Notes: generated by a model not told the origin, from the letters alone. A stretch of 64,000 bases of DNA from an uncultured candidatus Brocadiaceae bacterium (GCA_964543795.1 CAZIZN010000006.1:143619-207618); one strand, 5' to 3'; positions 1 to 9,992 are shown, counted from the first letter of the stretch. Numbers and translations: made by a program.

Positions 1-415
1 TCCGCAGACGCGCGCTGCGCTCCTGCTGCTCCTGGTCGCCGACGTAGCCGTAGGCGAACCAGAACGGGAAGTCGACGGCGAGCACGACGTCGGGCTTGCG
101 CTTCTTGAGCAGCGCGATCTGCCGCTCGCCGACTTCGAACGGCTCCCGGAACATCGCGCACATGTCGAGGGCCGGGTGCATGCTGACCGTTCCGAGGTCG
201 CCGCAGAAGGCCCGGAAGACCGTCTGCAGCGGCACCGAGTCGCCCTGCTTCGTGGCGCCGAACAGCGGGCCGTCCTCGAAGCCCGCGCTGACGCTGGCGC
301 CGATGATGTGGATGCGGACCGGTGCTGGCGCCGGTGCGGCCGTGGTCCCGGTCGGCCCCTGGGCCGGCGACACGGCGAGCGCCAGCAGCAGGGCGGCGAG
401 TGCGTGTACCTTCAT
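1..415 (-). CDS. secreted hypothetical protein, N-terminal part only (gene runs off the left edge); SGNH/GDSL-like hydrolase is a guess
   Basis: Own translation of the minus strand from the ATG at 415-413 gives MKVHALAALLLALAVSPAQG (signal peptide), then VRIHIIGASVSAGF (GDSL block-I-like). GC3 is uniformly high. It is absent from the ORF track because it is open-ended. Confidence 0.5.
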   Translation of the reverse strand, partial: MKVHALAALLLALAVSPAQGPTGTTAAPAPAPVRIHIIGASVSAGFEDGPLFGATKQGDSVPLQTVFRAFCGDLGTVSMHPALDMCAMFREPFEVGERQIALLKKRKPDVVLAVDFPFWFAYGYVGDQEQQERSARLR

Positions 416-569
416 GGCCCGCACTGTCGCGGCCGGGCCAGAGCCCCGCAAGTCCCGCGCGGGTCGCGGGGGCCAGCGATCGGCGGCGGAGCCACCCGCG
501 CACGCGAACCGTCGCGGCCCCGGCCGCGTCGAGGCCGCGGGGGCACGCCGCACCCCGCGTTCCAGGAGC

Positions 570-3407
570 TCAGCGCAGCGCGTCGCGCACGAGGTCGTGC
601 ACCTCGCGGCGCACGGCGTTGATCTTGTTGTTGACGCGCGTCGGGTGCACCCGGTTCGTCAGCAGCACGACGCAGACGTCGTGCGCGGGGTCGCAGAGCA
701 GCGAGGTGCCGGTGAACCCCGTGTGACCGAAACTGCCCGGCGCGACCGCGCTGCCGGCCCACGAGCCGGACGACGGCAGCTGGAAGCCGAGCCCGCGCGA
801 AACGTCCCCCGGTACGAGGCCGGCGGGCCGGGTCGCCGCGTCGACGAGGTCCCGCGGCAACCAGCCGCGGCCGCCGCCGAGCATCGCCACGCCGAACGCG
901 AGCACGTCCCGCCCGGTCGCGAACAGGCCCGCATGGCCCGACACGCCGCCCATCGCGAACGCGTTCTCGTCGTGCACGAGCCCGCGCACGATGCCGCCGC
1001 GCGCCTCGTCGCGTTCGGTCGGCGCAGCGGCCGCGAGTGCGGAGCCCGCGGTCGGCACGAAGGTGGCGCCGCCGAGCTGCAGCGGCCGCTGCACCTCTTC
1101 GGCGACGAACTGCTCGAACGGCTGCCCGCTCGCCGCCTCGACGACCGCCATCAGCAGGACGAAGCCGAGGTCGCTGTAGGTCGTGGCGGTGCCGGGCTCG
1201 TACATCAGCCCCTCGCGGGCCGCCGCGGCGACGATCGCGTCCTTGCCCGACAGCGTGCGGTAGTAGCGCTCGTAGGCCGGCAGGCCACCGCAGTGCGCGA
1301 GCAGGTGCCGCAGCGTGACCTTCTCCTTGCCCGTGCCGACGAACGCGGGCACCCACCGCTGCACGGGGTCGTCGAGTGTCAGCTCGCCGGCGGCGGCGAG
1401 CCGCAGGACGGCGCCCGTGGTCGCCAGGACCTTGGTCAGCGACGCGAGATCGAACGGCGTCGCGGTCGTCACGGCGGGCGCCGCCGGGTCGTAGTCGACG
1501 CGACCGGCCGCGACCTCGGCGACCGTCCGGCCGTGTCGCGCGACGAGGCACACGGCACCGGGGAACGCTCCGTCCGCGACCGCGGCCGCGAGGCGCCGTT
1601 CGAGCAGCAGCGGCAGGTCGGCGGCGACGTCGGCAGCGACCGGGTCGCCGCGCGGCACGTCGACGCCCCCGGCATACATCGACAGCCCCGCACCGGCGGG
1701 CGCGACACCCGGGATCGACACGGGCAGACGCCCGACGAGCGGGCTGCCGCCGCAGAGAGCCGACGCCGCAGCCGACTCGGTCGGGGGCGTCGCCACGTAG
1801 GCGGCCACGTAGGTGTCGATGGCGGGCACCTGCCGGATCACGTAGGGGCTGCCGAACGACACCGCGACGACGCGCTGTTCTTCGCGCAGCGCCGCGACCA
1901 GCGGCCGCAGCGACGGCGGCAGGCCGATCGCACCCTCGTATTCCCGCACCTTGACGTGCAGCGCCAGCACGACGGTCTGCGCGCGCGCCACGTCGGCGAC
2001 GATGCGGGCCAGCTCCTCGGGCGGCGTCTCGCCCGACGCGGTGTGTTCCGTGCCGACGACGCCGCGCAGGCCCGCCGCGAACGTCCGGCCGGCGCCGCCG
2101 TCCTGCCGGTCGAACACGTGCACGAGCAGGGTCTCGTTCCTGGCCTCTTGCGACAGCGGCAGGTTGCCGCCGCGATCCTGCACGAGCGTGAGGCCGCGGC
2201 CCGCGATCGCCGCCGCGACCTCCATCGACGCGTCGGTGCGCATCCGGCTCCGCCAGTCGGGATCGGGGCGCCCGCCGCCGCCGAGCAGACCGACCTTCGC
2301 CTTCGTGCCGAGGATGGCGCGCACGGCGTCGTCGAGGCGCACCATCGGCACGCGGCCCTCCTGCACCGCCGCGACCACGGCGGCGCGGGCGGCGATGGGG
2401 TCCGGCGGCATGAGCAGCACGTCGGCGCCCGCGAGCAGGGCGCGCACCGCGACCTCGCCGGGCGGGAACGCGTTCTTGACGCCGCCCATCTCGAGCGCAT
2501 CGGTGACCACGAGACCCCGGAAGCCGAGTTCGACGCGCAGCACGTCGTGCAGGATCCGGCGGCTCAGCGTGGCGGGCACGCCGGGCTCCTCGCCGAGCCC
2601 CGGCACCGCGAGATGGCCCGTCATCACCGACTCGAGACCCTCCTGGGCTGCGACCGCGAACGGGAACAGCTCCACGGCCCGCAGGCGTGCGCCGTCGCCG
2701 GGCACCGTCGGCAGTTCGAGGTGCGAGTCGCTGTCGACGTCGCCGTGGCCCGGGAAGTGTTTGCCGCAGGCGATCAGCCCCGCGCTGCGTACCCCGCGCG
2801 CGAACGCCGCGCCCAGCTTCGCGACGAGCCGCGGGTCCTCGCCGAAGCTGCGTACGTTGATGATCGGGTTCGCCGGGTTGCTGTTGACGTCGAGCACCGG
2901 CGCGAACACCCAGTGGAAGCCGAGCGCCTTCGCTTCCCCGGCCGTGACGCGCCCCATCGCCTCGGCGAGCCGCGCGCTGCCCGTGGCCCCCACGAGCATC
3001 TGGTTGCCGAGCTCCGAGGCGCCCGTGAGCCGGAACCAGACTCCCCCCTCGAAGTCGCCCGCGAGCAACAGCGGCACCTTCGCCGCAGCCTGCAGGCGCG
3101 GCACCAGCGCCGCCGCGTCGTCGACCGTGCCGAGGCTCAGGATCACCCCGCCGAGTCCGGCCTCCTGCACCCAGCGCAGCATGCGCGCGTGGTTGTCCTG
3201 TTCGCCGCTGCCCTCGGCGCGCGACAGGCTCCACGACATGAACAACTGGCCGGCCTTCTGCCCGACCGTGAGCTGCGACAGCAGCGTCTCGACCGGATCC
3301 TGGGCGGCGGCGGTGGCGGAGATCAAGGCGATGGTCAGGCAGCGGCGCACCCGCGAATGCTTGCGTACCGGACCGGGTTCGTCCAACAACCCTTGCCGCG
3401 GCGGCAC
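570..3407 (-). CDS. secreted fusion protein: GH3 beta-N-acetylglucosaminidase (NagZ-like) plus beta-lactamase-fold serine hydrolase (AmiE/YbbE-like)
   Basis: 945-aa ORF. The N-half has GH3 motifs KHFPGHGDVDSDSHLELP and NVRSFGEDP. The C-half has SxxK (ASLTKV), YSD and HTG boxes of the class-C beta-lactamase / DD-peptidase fold. The signal peptide RRCLTIALISATAAAQ suggests the true start may be the GTG at 3350. Confidence 0.85.
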   Translation of the reverse strand: MPPRQGLLDEPGPVRKHSRVRRCLTIALISATAAAQDPVETLLSQLTVGQKAGQLFMSWSLSRAEGSGEQDNHARMLRWVQEAGLGGVILSLGTVDDAAALVPRLQAAAKVPLLLAGDFEGGVWFRLTGASELGNQMLVGATGSARLAEAMGRVTAGEAKALGFHWVFAPVLDVNSNPANPIINVRSFGEDPRLVAKLGAAFARGVRSAGLIACGKHFPGHGDVDSDSHLELPTVPGDGARLRAVELFPFAVAAQEGLESVMTGHLAVPGLGEEPGVPATLSRRILHDVLRVELGFRGLVVTDALEMGGVKNAFPPGEVAVRALLAGADVLLMPPDPIAARAAVVAAVQEGRVPMVRLDDAVRAILGTKAKVGLLGGGGRPDPDWRSRMRTDASMEVAAAIAGRGLTLVQDRGGNLPLSQEARNETLLVHVFDRQDGGAGRTFAAGLRGVVGTEHTASGETPPEELARIVADVARAQTVVLALHVKVREYEGAIGLPPSLRPLVAALREEQRVVAVSFGSPYVIRQVPAIDTYVAAYVATPPTESAAASALCGGSPLVGRLPVSIPGVAPAGAGLSMYAGGVDVPRGDPVAADVAADLPLLLERRLAAAVADGAFPGAVCLVARHGRTVAEVAAGRVDYDPAAPAVTTATPFDLASLTKVLATTGAVLRLAAAGELTLDDPVQRWVPAFVGTGKEKVTLRHLLAHCGGLPAYERYYRTLSGKDAIVAAAAREGLMYEPGTATTYSDLGFVLLMAVVEAASGQPFEQFVAEEVQRPLQLGGATFVPTAGSALAAAAPTERDEARGGIVRGLVHDENAFAMGGVSGHAGLFATGRDVLAFGVAMLGGGRGWLPRDLVDAATRPAGLVPGDVSRGLGFQLPSSGSWAGSAVAPGSFGHTGFTGTSLLCDPAHDVCVVLLTNRVHPTRVNNKINAVRREVHDLVRDALR

Positions 3408-3426
3408 CCGCCCACCCGTTCGCGCG

Positions 3427-4161
3427 TCAGAGACCGGCGGCCGCGGCGCGGTCGAGCAGCAAGAGCACGTCGGGGTGCCGCCGCAGGACCGAAGCCGGAC
3501 AGGCGGTCGTCTCCGGGCCCTGCAGCATCGCCGCCACGGCGGCCGCCTTCGCCGGGCCGAAGGCGCACAGCACGAGGCGCCGCGCGGCGAGGATCGTGGC
3601 GAGGCCCGAGGTCACTGCGTGGCGAGGCGGCTCCTCGGGCGCGAACCGCTGGCGCGCGTCGTCGCGCGTCGTCTCGGCGAGCTTCGTCACGTGGAACCCG
3701 GACTCGAACGGCGTGCCGGGCTCGTTGAAGGCGAGGTGGCCGTTGCGGCCGATGCCGAGGAACTGCAGCTGCACGCCGCCGGCCCGCGCCAGCCGTTCGG
3801 CGTGCGCCGCCAGCCCGGCCGCGCCGCCGTCGTGCGGCACCGGGAAGAACGTGCCGGCCGCGAGCATGCGCGAGAGCGGCGGACACGCCTCTGCGAGTTC
3901 GTGCACCATGCCGCCGCGCCGGTCCGGAGGGAACCCGAGGTACTCGTCGAGGTGGGTCGCGAGGAACGCCCCGACGTCGACGCGGCCACCGTCGAGTTCG
4001 CCCGCCAGCGCCGACAACATCGCGGTGTAGGTCCCGCCGGTGGCGAAGCCGATCAGCGGGCGCACGACGTCGGCGATCGTGCGGCGGATCTCGTCGAGCA
4101 GCAGCGGCACCGCGTCGGCGGCGGCCGGCAGGGTGCGCAGTTGGAGGCCGGGGGCGGGCAT
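3427..4161 (-). CDS. nagB: glucosamine-6-phosphate deaminase
   Basis: Motifs GFATGGT and GIGRNGHLAFNEPG. I prefer the ATG at 4161 over the TTG at 4200 used by the track. Confidence 0.85.
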   Translation of the reverse strand: MPAPGLQLRTLPAAADAVPLLLDEIRRTIADVVRPLIGFATGGTYTAMLSALAGELDGGRVDVGAFLATHLDEYLGFPPDRRGGMVHELAEACPPLSRMLAAGTFFPVPHDGGAAGLAAHAERLARAGGVQLQFLGIGRNGHLAFNEPGTPFESGFHVTKLAETTRDDARQRFAPEEPPRHAVTSGLATILAARRLVLCAFGPAKAAAVAAMLQGPETTACPASVLRRHPDVLLLLDRAAAAGL

Positions 4162-4204
4162 GCGGGCGCCCACTGTGCGGAGCGCTTCGGGCCCGGGCAA
4201 GCGG

Positions 4205-5167
4205 CTACTTCTTCGCCGGCGCGTCCGCCGGTGCGCCGACCGGTGCGGGCGCCGGTGCGGGCGGCGGTGGCATCGCCGCGCCCTGCACGCGCATCGGGAT
4301 GCGGTAGAGGTGCGTGCGCGCGGTGACGAACAGATCGGTGCCGTCCGGACCGCCGAACGCGCAGTTCGTCGGGATCTGCCCGAGTCCGATGCGGGCGAGG
4401 CGCTTGCCCGCGGGCGAGTACACGATGACGCCGTCGCGCTGCGTCGTGTAGAGGTTGCCCTCGGCGTCGCAGCGCATGCCGTCCGAGCCGCCGGCGATCC
4501 AGAACGCCGCCTCGCCGAGTGTGCCGTCGGCCCGCACGTCGAACGCGCCGATGCGCTGGCCCTTGCCGCTGTCCGCGACGTAGAGCCGCTTGTGGTCGGG
4601 CGAGAAGCACAGGCCGTTGGGCTGGTCGAACTCCCGCTGCACGACCGTCAGCGCGCCGCCCGCCGGATCGAGCCGGTAGACGAAGTTGCCGGGCTGTTCG
4701 CGCGCGCGCTTGCCCAGGCCGTAGGTCGGGTCCGTGAACCAGATCGTGCCGTCGGCGCGCACGACCACGTCGTTCGGCGAGTTGAGCGGCTTGCCGTCGA
4801 ACGCCGCCGCGAGCACCGTGAGCGCCCCGTCCGCCTCGTGCCGCACGAGGTTGCGCGCGCCGTGCTGGCAGCTCAGCAACCGACCTTCGCGATCGAGCGT
4901 GTTGCCGTTCGCGCCCGCGCTGGCCTTCCAGGTCCTGGTGCCGTCCTTCGCCGTCCAACGCAGCCAGCGGTTCGCCGGGATGTCGCTGAACAGCAGCGCG
5001 TCCGCCTCGACGAGCCACACCGGGCCTTCGCAGAACTGCAGGTCGGCCGCGAGGGTCTCGACCCCGGCACCCTCGGCGAACAGTTCCTTCGCCGCGGGAT
5101 CGAGGATCGAGACCTGCGCCGGCAGCGCGGCTCCGAGACAGACGACGACGCAGAGGCACGTTCTCAT
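4205..5167 (-). CDS. secreted SMP-30/gluconolactonase/LRE-like beta-propeller protein
   Basis: The ATG at 5167 gives signal peptide MRTCLCVVVCLGAALPAQ. It has SMP-30-type segments (EGPVW, SPNDVVV..DGTIWFTDP, PNGLCFSPD, LYVADS, DGMRCD) and a Pro/Ala-rich C-terminal tail. Confidence 0.7.
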   Translation of the reverse strand: MRTCLCVVVCLGAALPAQVSILDPAAKELFAEGAGVETLAADLQFCEGPVWLVEADALLFSDIPANRWLRWTAKDGTRTWKASAGANGNTLDREGRLLSCQHGARNLVRHEADGALTVLAAAFDGKPLNSPNDVVVRADGTIWFTDPTYGLGKRAREQPGNFVYRLDPAGGALTVVQREFDQPNGLCFSPDHKRLYVADSGKGQRIGAFDVRADGTLGEAAFWIAGGSDGMRCDAEGNLYTTQRDGVIVYSPAGKRLARIGLGQIPTNCAFGGPDGTDLFVTARTHLYRIPMRVQGAAMPPPPAPAPAPVGAPADAPAKK

Positions 5168-5169
5168 GG

Positions 5170-6345
5170 TCACACCTTCCAGACGATGCCGCGCCGGAAC
5201 AGCGCGGCGAGCACGAAGTACCAGGCCACGATCCACAGTACGGCGAACGACAGCGAAGCGAGCTTCGGGTCGCCGATCGGCAGCAGCACCGTGCGGAAGA
5301 ACCACTCCTTGACCGCGACGTCCCTGCCGTCCACGGCGACGGTCCACAGCGAGCCCGTGATGCGGCCGAGGAGTCCGCTGCCCACGAACACGAGCAGCGC
5401 GTTCTGGCCGTAGACCTGCAACGGGTGCGCCAACCGGCGCCAGCCGCGCACGTCGAACGCCCACTGGCAGACGCCGAGCGCCGCCATCGCGATGCCGCCG
5501 GTCCAGACCGCGTAGCTGCTGGTCCACAGCGGCTTGTTCAGCGGCAGCGCCAACGACCACACCCAGCCCAGCGCCATCAGCACGGCACCCGCGCCGACGA
5601 GCAGCAGGACCTTGCGTTCGCCGCTGCGCGGCGAGACCAGCACGCGCCCGGCCTCCACGCCGAGAAGGCACGTCGCGACGGCCGGGATGGTGCTGAGCAG
5701 GCCCTCGGGGTCGTACTGCCCCTTCACCCAGATGTGGTCGCCGAACACCAGCCGGTCGAGCCAGCCCTGCAGCGTCGTCATCGGCCCGGCGAGATCCGGG
5801 GCGCCGACGCCCGGCACGGGCACGAGGGTCACGATCGCCCAGTAGCCGAGCAGACAGGCCGCGAGCAAGGTGCGCTGCGTTCTGGCGGTGGTCGCAAGGA
5901 ACAGCACCGCGGCGACCCCGTAGCAGACGCCGATGCGCTGCAACACGCCGGGGAATCGCGTGCGCAGCAGCGGGTCGAAGAGATCTCGGCCCTCGACGAA
6001 GGTCACCAGCGGGAACGCCGACAGGAACATGCCGAGCAGCACGAGCATCAGCACGCGCCGGCCGATCTTCTGCATCAGCGGCCCGCGCGGCGCGCCGGCG
6101 GCGACCTGCCTGCCGAGCGCCGGGACGATCGCCACGCCGGCGCAGAACAGGAACGTCGGGAAGACGAGGTCCGTGAACGTACAGCCGTGCCACTCGGCGT
6201 GGCGCAGCGGCGCGTATTGGTACTGAGCACCCCAGCGGCCCGGGTTGTTGACGAGGATCATCGCCGCGATCGAGAGCCCTCGCAGGGCGTCGAGGCCGAT
6301 CCATCGGCTGGCCGCGGGAGACGGCGGTGCGGCGGGCCCGCTCAC
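5170..6345 (-). CDS. polytopic membrane acyltransferase, DUF1624/DUF5009 (heparan-alpha-glucosaminide N-acetyltransferase-like)
   Basis: This is only the 3-prime 391 codons of the 1179-aa track ORF. The GTG at 6345 overlaps the murQ stop (GTGA). N-terminal signature RWIGLDALRGLSIAAMILVNNPG, followed by many hydrophobic segments. Confidence 0.7.
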   Translation of the reverse strand: MSGPAAPPSPAASRWIGLDALRGLSIAAMILVNNPGRWGAQYQYAPLRHAEWHGCTFTDLVFPTFLFCAGVAIVPALGRQVAAGAPRGPLMQKIGRRVLMLVLLGMFLSAFPLVTFVEGRDLFDPLLRTRFPGVLQRIGVCYGVAAVLFLATTARTQRTLLAACLLGYWAIVTLVPVPGVGAPDLAGPMTTLQGWLDRLVFGDHIWVKGQYDPEGLLSTIPAVATCLLGVEAGRVLVSPRSGERKVLLLVGAGAVLMALGWVWSLALPLNKPLWTSSYAVWTGGIAMAALGVCQWAFDVRGWRRLAHPLQVYGQNALLVFVGSGLLGRITGSLWTVAVDGRDVAVKEWFFRTVLLPIGDPKLASLSFAVLWIVAWYFVLAALFRRGIVWKV

Positions 6346-7253
6346 GACAGCGGTGCCGCGAGCGCTGCCCGCACGCTGCCTTCGCAGTGGAACAGCAACG
6401 TGCGTGCCCGCGCCGCGTCGACGACCTTCTGCAGCGCGACGATCGCCGTCTTCACCTCGCCGTCGCACTCCCGCAGCACACGCTCCGCCGTGGCCGCATC
6501 GCAGCCGGCCGCCTGCTGCACGATGCGCTGGCTGCGCGCGACGAGCTTCTGGTTGGTCGCCTGCAGATCGACCATCAGGTTGCCGTAGACCTTGTGCAGG
6601 CGCACGAACGCGCCGGTGCTCAGCATGTTGAGCACCATCTTGGTGGCGGTGCCCGCCTTGAGGCGCGTGCTGCCGGTCAGGACCTCCGGGCCGGTGACCA
6701 CCTCGATGGGCAGCTCCGCCGCGGCCGCGACCGCGCTGCCGGCGTTGCAGACCACCGCCACGGTGAGCGCGCGGCACTGCCGCGCGAAGCGCAGCGCCCC
6801 CACGACGTAGGGCGTGCGGCCGCTCGCGGCGATGCCGACGACGGCGTCCTTGGGCCCGAGATCGAGGCGGCGCAGATCGTCGGCGCCCTGGGCTTCGCTG
6901 TCCTCGGCGCCTTCGACGGCCTTCGCGAACGCGCCGGGACCACCGGCGATCAGGCCGACCACCTGCTGCGGATCCGCCGAGAAGGTCGGCGGGCACTCGA
7001 CGGCGTCGAGCACGCCGAGCCGGCCCGAGGTGCCGGCCCCGCAGTAGATCAGCCGGCCGCCCTTGCGCATGCGTTCGGCGATCGCGTCGACCGCGCCGGC
7101 GATGGCGCCCAGCTGCAGGCGCACGGCGTCGGCCACGGCGCGGTCCTCGTCGTTCATCGCCTGCACGAGGTCTTGCGTCGACATCGCGTCGAGGTCGGTG
7201 GTGCGCGGATTGCGCGCCTCCGTGGTGAGCGCCGTGAGATCCGGTTTGGTCAT
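6342..7253 (-). CDS. murQ: N-acetylmuramic acid 6-phosphate etherase
   Basis: SIS-domain protein starting MTKPDLTALTTEARNPRT. Other segments: GRLIYCGAGTSGRLG, AASGRTPYV, GSTRLKAGTATK. I prefer the ATG at 7253 to the upstream start at 7304. Confidence 0.85.
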   Translation of the reverse strand: MTKPDLTALTTEARNPRTTDLDAMSTQDLVQAMNDEDRAVADAVRLQLGAIAGAVDAIAERMRKGGRLIYCGAGTSGRLGVLDAVECPPTFSADPQQVVGLIAGGPGAFAKAVEGAEDSEAQGADDLRRLDLGPKDAVVGIAASGRTPYVVGALRFARQCRALTVAVVCNAGSAVAAAAELPIEVVTGPEVLTGSTRLKAGTATKMVLNMLSTGAFVRLHKVYGNLMVDLQATNQKLVARSQRIVQQAAGCDAATAERVLRECDGEVKTAIVALQKVVDAARARTLLFHCEGSVRAALAAPLS

Positions 7254-7296
7254 GGCTCTGCAGGCCAGTATAGACGCGCGCCCCACCGCCCCGGCC

Positions 7297-8784
7297 ATGA
7301 CCATCGGTTCCGTCGACCTCGCGATCCTGATCGTCTACATGGCGGGGACGATCGCGTTCGGGCTGCGCATGAGCCGCGGCCAGAAGTCGGCGAGCGACTA
7401 CCTGCTCGGCGGCCGCAACCTGCCCTGGTGGGCGCTGCTGCTGTCGATCGTCGCGACCGAGACCAGCACCGCGACGTTCCTCAGCGTGCCCGGCATCGCC
7501 TTCGGCCGGGGCGATCTGACCTACCTGCAGCTCCCGCTGGGCTACCTCGTCGGTCGCACGATCGCCGCCGCGGTGCTGCTGCCGTCGTACTTCCAGGGCC
7601 GGCTGTTCACCGCCTACGACGTCCTGCGCGAACGCAGCGGACCGGCCGTGCGCACGCTCGCGAGCGGCCTGTTCCTCGTCACGCGCACGCTGGCCGACGG
7701 ACTGCGCCTCTACCTCGCCGCCTTCGTGCTGCAGATCATGCTCGACTGGCCGCTCGAGCTGGCCGTCGCGGTCACCGCCGCGATCACCGTCGTCTACACG
7801 GTGCTCGGCGGCATCAAGGCCGTGGTCTGGACCGACGTGATCCAGTTCGTCGTCTACATGCTCGGCGGACTCGTGGCGCTGTGCGTGCTGCACGGCGAAC
7901 TCGCCGACGGTCTCGGCGGCATGTGGCGTGCGGCCGTCGCGGACGAACGGTTCGTCGTCTTCGACTTCGGCGGCGGCCTGCTCGCCGACGGCGGCTGGGC
8001 GGCGTTGTTCGCCAGCCCCTACACGTTCTGGGCCGGCCTGCTCGGCGGCGCCGTGCTGTCGATCGGCAGCCACGGCGTCGACCAGATCATCGTGCAGCGC
8101 TACCTGAGCGCCAGGAGCCTCGGCGACGCGCAGAAGGCCCTGCTGTGGAGCGGCCCCCTCGTGCTGGTGCAGTTCGGGTTCTTCCTGCTGCTCGGTCTGG
8201 CGCTGGCCGCGTACTACGCAGCGCACCCGCCCGACACGGCCTTCACGAAGGGCGACCAGGTGTTCGCGCACTTCATCGTGCACCACCTGCCGACGGGCTT
8301 CGTCGGCATCGTGCTCGGCGCCGTGTTCTCGGCGGCGATGTCGACGCTGTCGAGTTCGTTGTCGGCGTCGGCGTCGGCGCTCGTCAACGACTTCCTGCTG
8401 CCGGCGACCGGCCGCTCGACCGACTCGCGGTGGGCGCTGCGGGCCGCCAAAGGCGCCACGATGCTGTTCGCGGGCCTGCAGGTCGGCGTCGCCGTGAGCG
8501 GCCTCGGCGAACGCGACAGCGTCGTCAACCAGGTGCTCGGCATCGCCACGATCACCACCGGCGTGATCCTCGGCCTGTTCGTGCTGGCGCTGCGCGAGAG
8601 GCGCTCGCCGAACGCGTCGCTGCTCGGCCTCGTCGCCGGCCTCTTCGCGACCGCGATCGTGCTGTTCGTGCTGCCGCGGTGCGGCATCCCGCTCGGCTGG
8701 CCGTGGCACGGCCTCGTCAGTTGCGGCGCCACGGTGCTCGCCGGCACGGTCGCCGCCCGTCTCGTCCCCCTGCGCACGCCATGA
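7297..8784 (+). CDS. sodium:solute symporter (SSS) family transporter
   Basis: The ATG at 7297 lies 43 bp from the divergent murQ start. SSS signature GGRNLPWWALLLSIVATETSTATFLSVPGIAF, and about 13 hydrophobic segments. Confidence 0.8.
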   Translation: MTIGSVDLAILIVYMAGTIAFGLRMSRGQKSASDYLLGGRNLPWWALLLSIVATETSTATFLSVPGIAFGRGDLTYLQLPLGYLVGRTIAAAVLLPSYFQGRLFTAYDVLRERSGPAVRTLASGLFLVTRTLADGLRLYLAAFVLQIMLDWPLELAVAVTAAITVVYTVLGGIKAVVWTDVIQFVVYMLGGLVALCVLHGELADGLGGMWRAAVADERFVVFDFGGGLLADGGWAALFASPYTFWAGLLGGAVLSIGSHGVDQIIVQRYLSARSLGDAQKALLWSGPLVLVQFGFFLLLGLALAAYYAAHPPDTAFTKGDQVFAHFIVHHLPTGFVGIVLGAVFSAAMSTLSSSLSASASALVNDFLLPATGRSTDSRWALRAAKGATMLFAGLQVGVAVSGLGERDSVVNQVLGIATITTGVILGLFVLALRERRSPNASLLGLVAGLFATAIVLFVLPRCGIPLGWPWHGLVSCGATVLAGTVAARLVPLRTP

Positions 8785-9992
8785 GAATCCTCGCCCACCG
8801 ATTCGCCGCCGCCGCTGCCACGCTGCTGTCCGCCCTCGCGGCCGCCGCCCAGTCCGACGCCTGGCCGCAGCAGGCCGGCGTCGACCTGCTCGCGGGCCGG
8901 GAGTGCGAGCAGTTGCGCGGTCGCAAGGTCGGCCTCATCACGAACCACACCGGCCGCACGCGCACCGGCGAACGCACCGTCGACGTGATCGCCGCCGCCG
9001 AAGGCGTGACCCTCGTGGCCTTGTTCTCGCCCGAACACGGCTGGGACGGCGTGCTCGACGAGAAGGTCGGCGACACCAGGGACCGCGCGACCGGTCTGCC
9101 CGTCTACTCGCTCTACGGCGAGACCCGCGTGCCGACGCCGGCGATGCTGCAGGGCATCGACACGCTGGTGTTCGACATCCAGGACATCGGCTGCCGCTTC
9201 TACACCTACCTGTCGACGATGCGGAACGGTCTCGAAGCCGCCGCCGCGCACGGCCTGCGTTTCGTCGTGCTCGACCGCCCCAACCCGATCGGCGGGGTGC
9301 GCATGGAGGGGCCCGTGCTCGCTGCGGACCGCCGCGACTTCGTCGGCACCCACCGCATCCCGCTGCGCCACGGCATGACCGCGGGCGAACTCGCGCGCAT
9401 GATCGCCGGCGAGGACGGCCTGCAGGTCGACCTGCAGGTCGTGCCGTGCCTGGGCTGGCAGCGCGCCGACTTCTGGGACCACACGGGGCTCGTCTGGATC
9501 AATCCGTCGCCGAACATGCGGTCGTTGACGCAGGCGCTGCTCTACCCGGGCATCGGCCTGCTCGAGGGCACCAACCTGTCGGTCGGCCGCGGCACCGACA
9601 CGCCGTTCGAGGTCCTCGGCGCGCCGTGGTGCAACGGCGTCCTGCTGGCGCGCCGGCTGCGCGCCGCGAAGCTCCCGGGCGTCACGTTCGTGCCGATCGT
9701 GTTCACGCCGGACGCGAGCAAGTTCCGCGGCGAGGCGTGCTCGGGCGTCAACGTCGTGATCACGGACTGGCAGACCTTCGAGCCGGTGCGCACAGGCATC
9801 CACGTGGCGTGCGCGCTGCGCGCGCTGCACCCCGACGCCTGGGACACGAAGCGCCTCGACTGGCTGCTCAAGCACGAACCGAGCGCGGACGCGATCGTCG
9901 CCGGCGAGCCCGCCGACGCGATCGTCGCGCGCTGGCAGAAGGACCTCGACCTGTTCCGCATCCGCCGCAAACCGTTCCTGCTCTATGAGTGA
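8781..9992 (+). CDS. secreted DUF1343 protein (YbbC/NamZ exo-beta-N-acetylmuramidase family)
   Basis: ATGA overlap with the transporter stop. Signal peptide MRILAHRFAAAAATLLSALAAAAQ. DUF1343 blocks GLITNHTG, LFSPEHG, VFDIQDIGCRFYTY, VLDRPNP, NPSPNM, EGTNLSVGRGT. Confidence 0.8.
   Translation: MRILAHRFAAAAATLLSALAAAAQSDAWPQQAGVDLLAGRECEQLRGRKVGLITNHTGRTRTGERTVDVIAAAEGVTLVALFSPEHGWDGVLDEKVGDTRDRATGLPVYSLYGETRVPTPAMLQGIDTLVFDIQDIGCRFYTYLSTMRNGLEAAAAHGLRFVVLDRPNPIGGVRMEGPVLAADRRDFVGTHRIPLRHGMTAGELARMIAGEDGLQVDLQVVPCLGWQRADFWDHTGLVWINPSPNMRSLTQALLYPGIGLLEGTNLSVGRGTDTPFEVLGAPWCNGVLLARRLRAAKLPGVTFVPIVFTPDASKFRGEACSGVNVVITDWQTFEPVRTGIHVACALRALHPDAWDTKRLDWLLKHEPSADAIVAGEPADAIVARWQKDLDLFRIRRKPFLLYE

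Noticed and set aside
96-3728. 1210-aa plus-strand ORF, and similar giant ORFs: 412-3234(-), 1951-4326(+), the 5-prime two thirds of 5170-8709(-), 6327-9992(+) before 8781, 12108-15080(+) before 13797, 16307-19480(+) before 17780, 19680-24197(-) above 22004, 32291-35839(-), 48631-51339(-), 57928-60636(+), 61275-63815(-).
   Set aside because: Their translations are Arg/Ala/Gly/Pro-rich low-complexity strings with no motifs. They run antisense or out of frame to genes with clear family signatures. Long stop-free frames are expected at this GC content.
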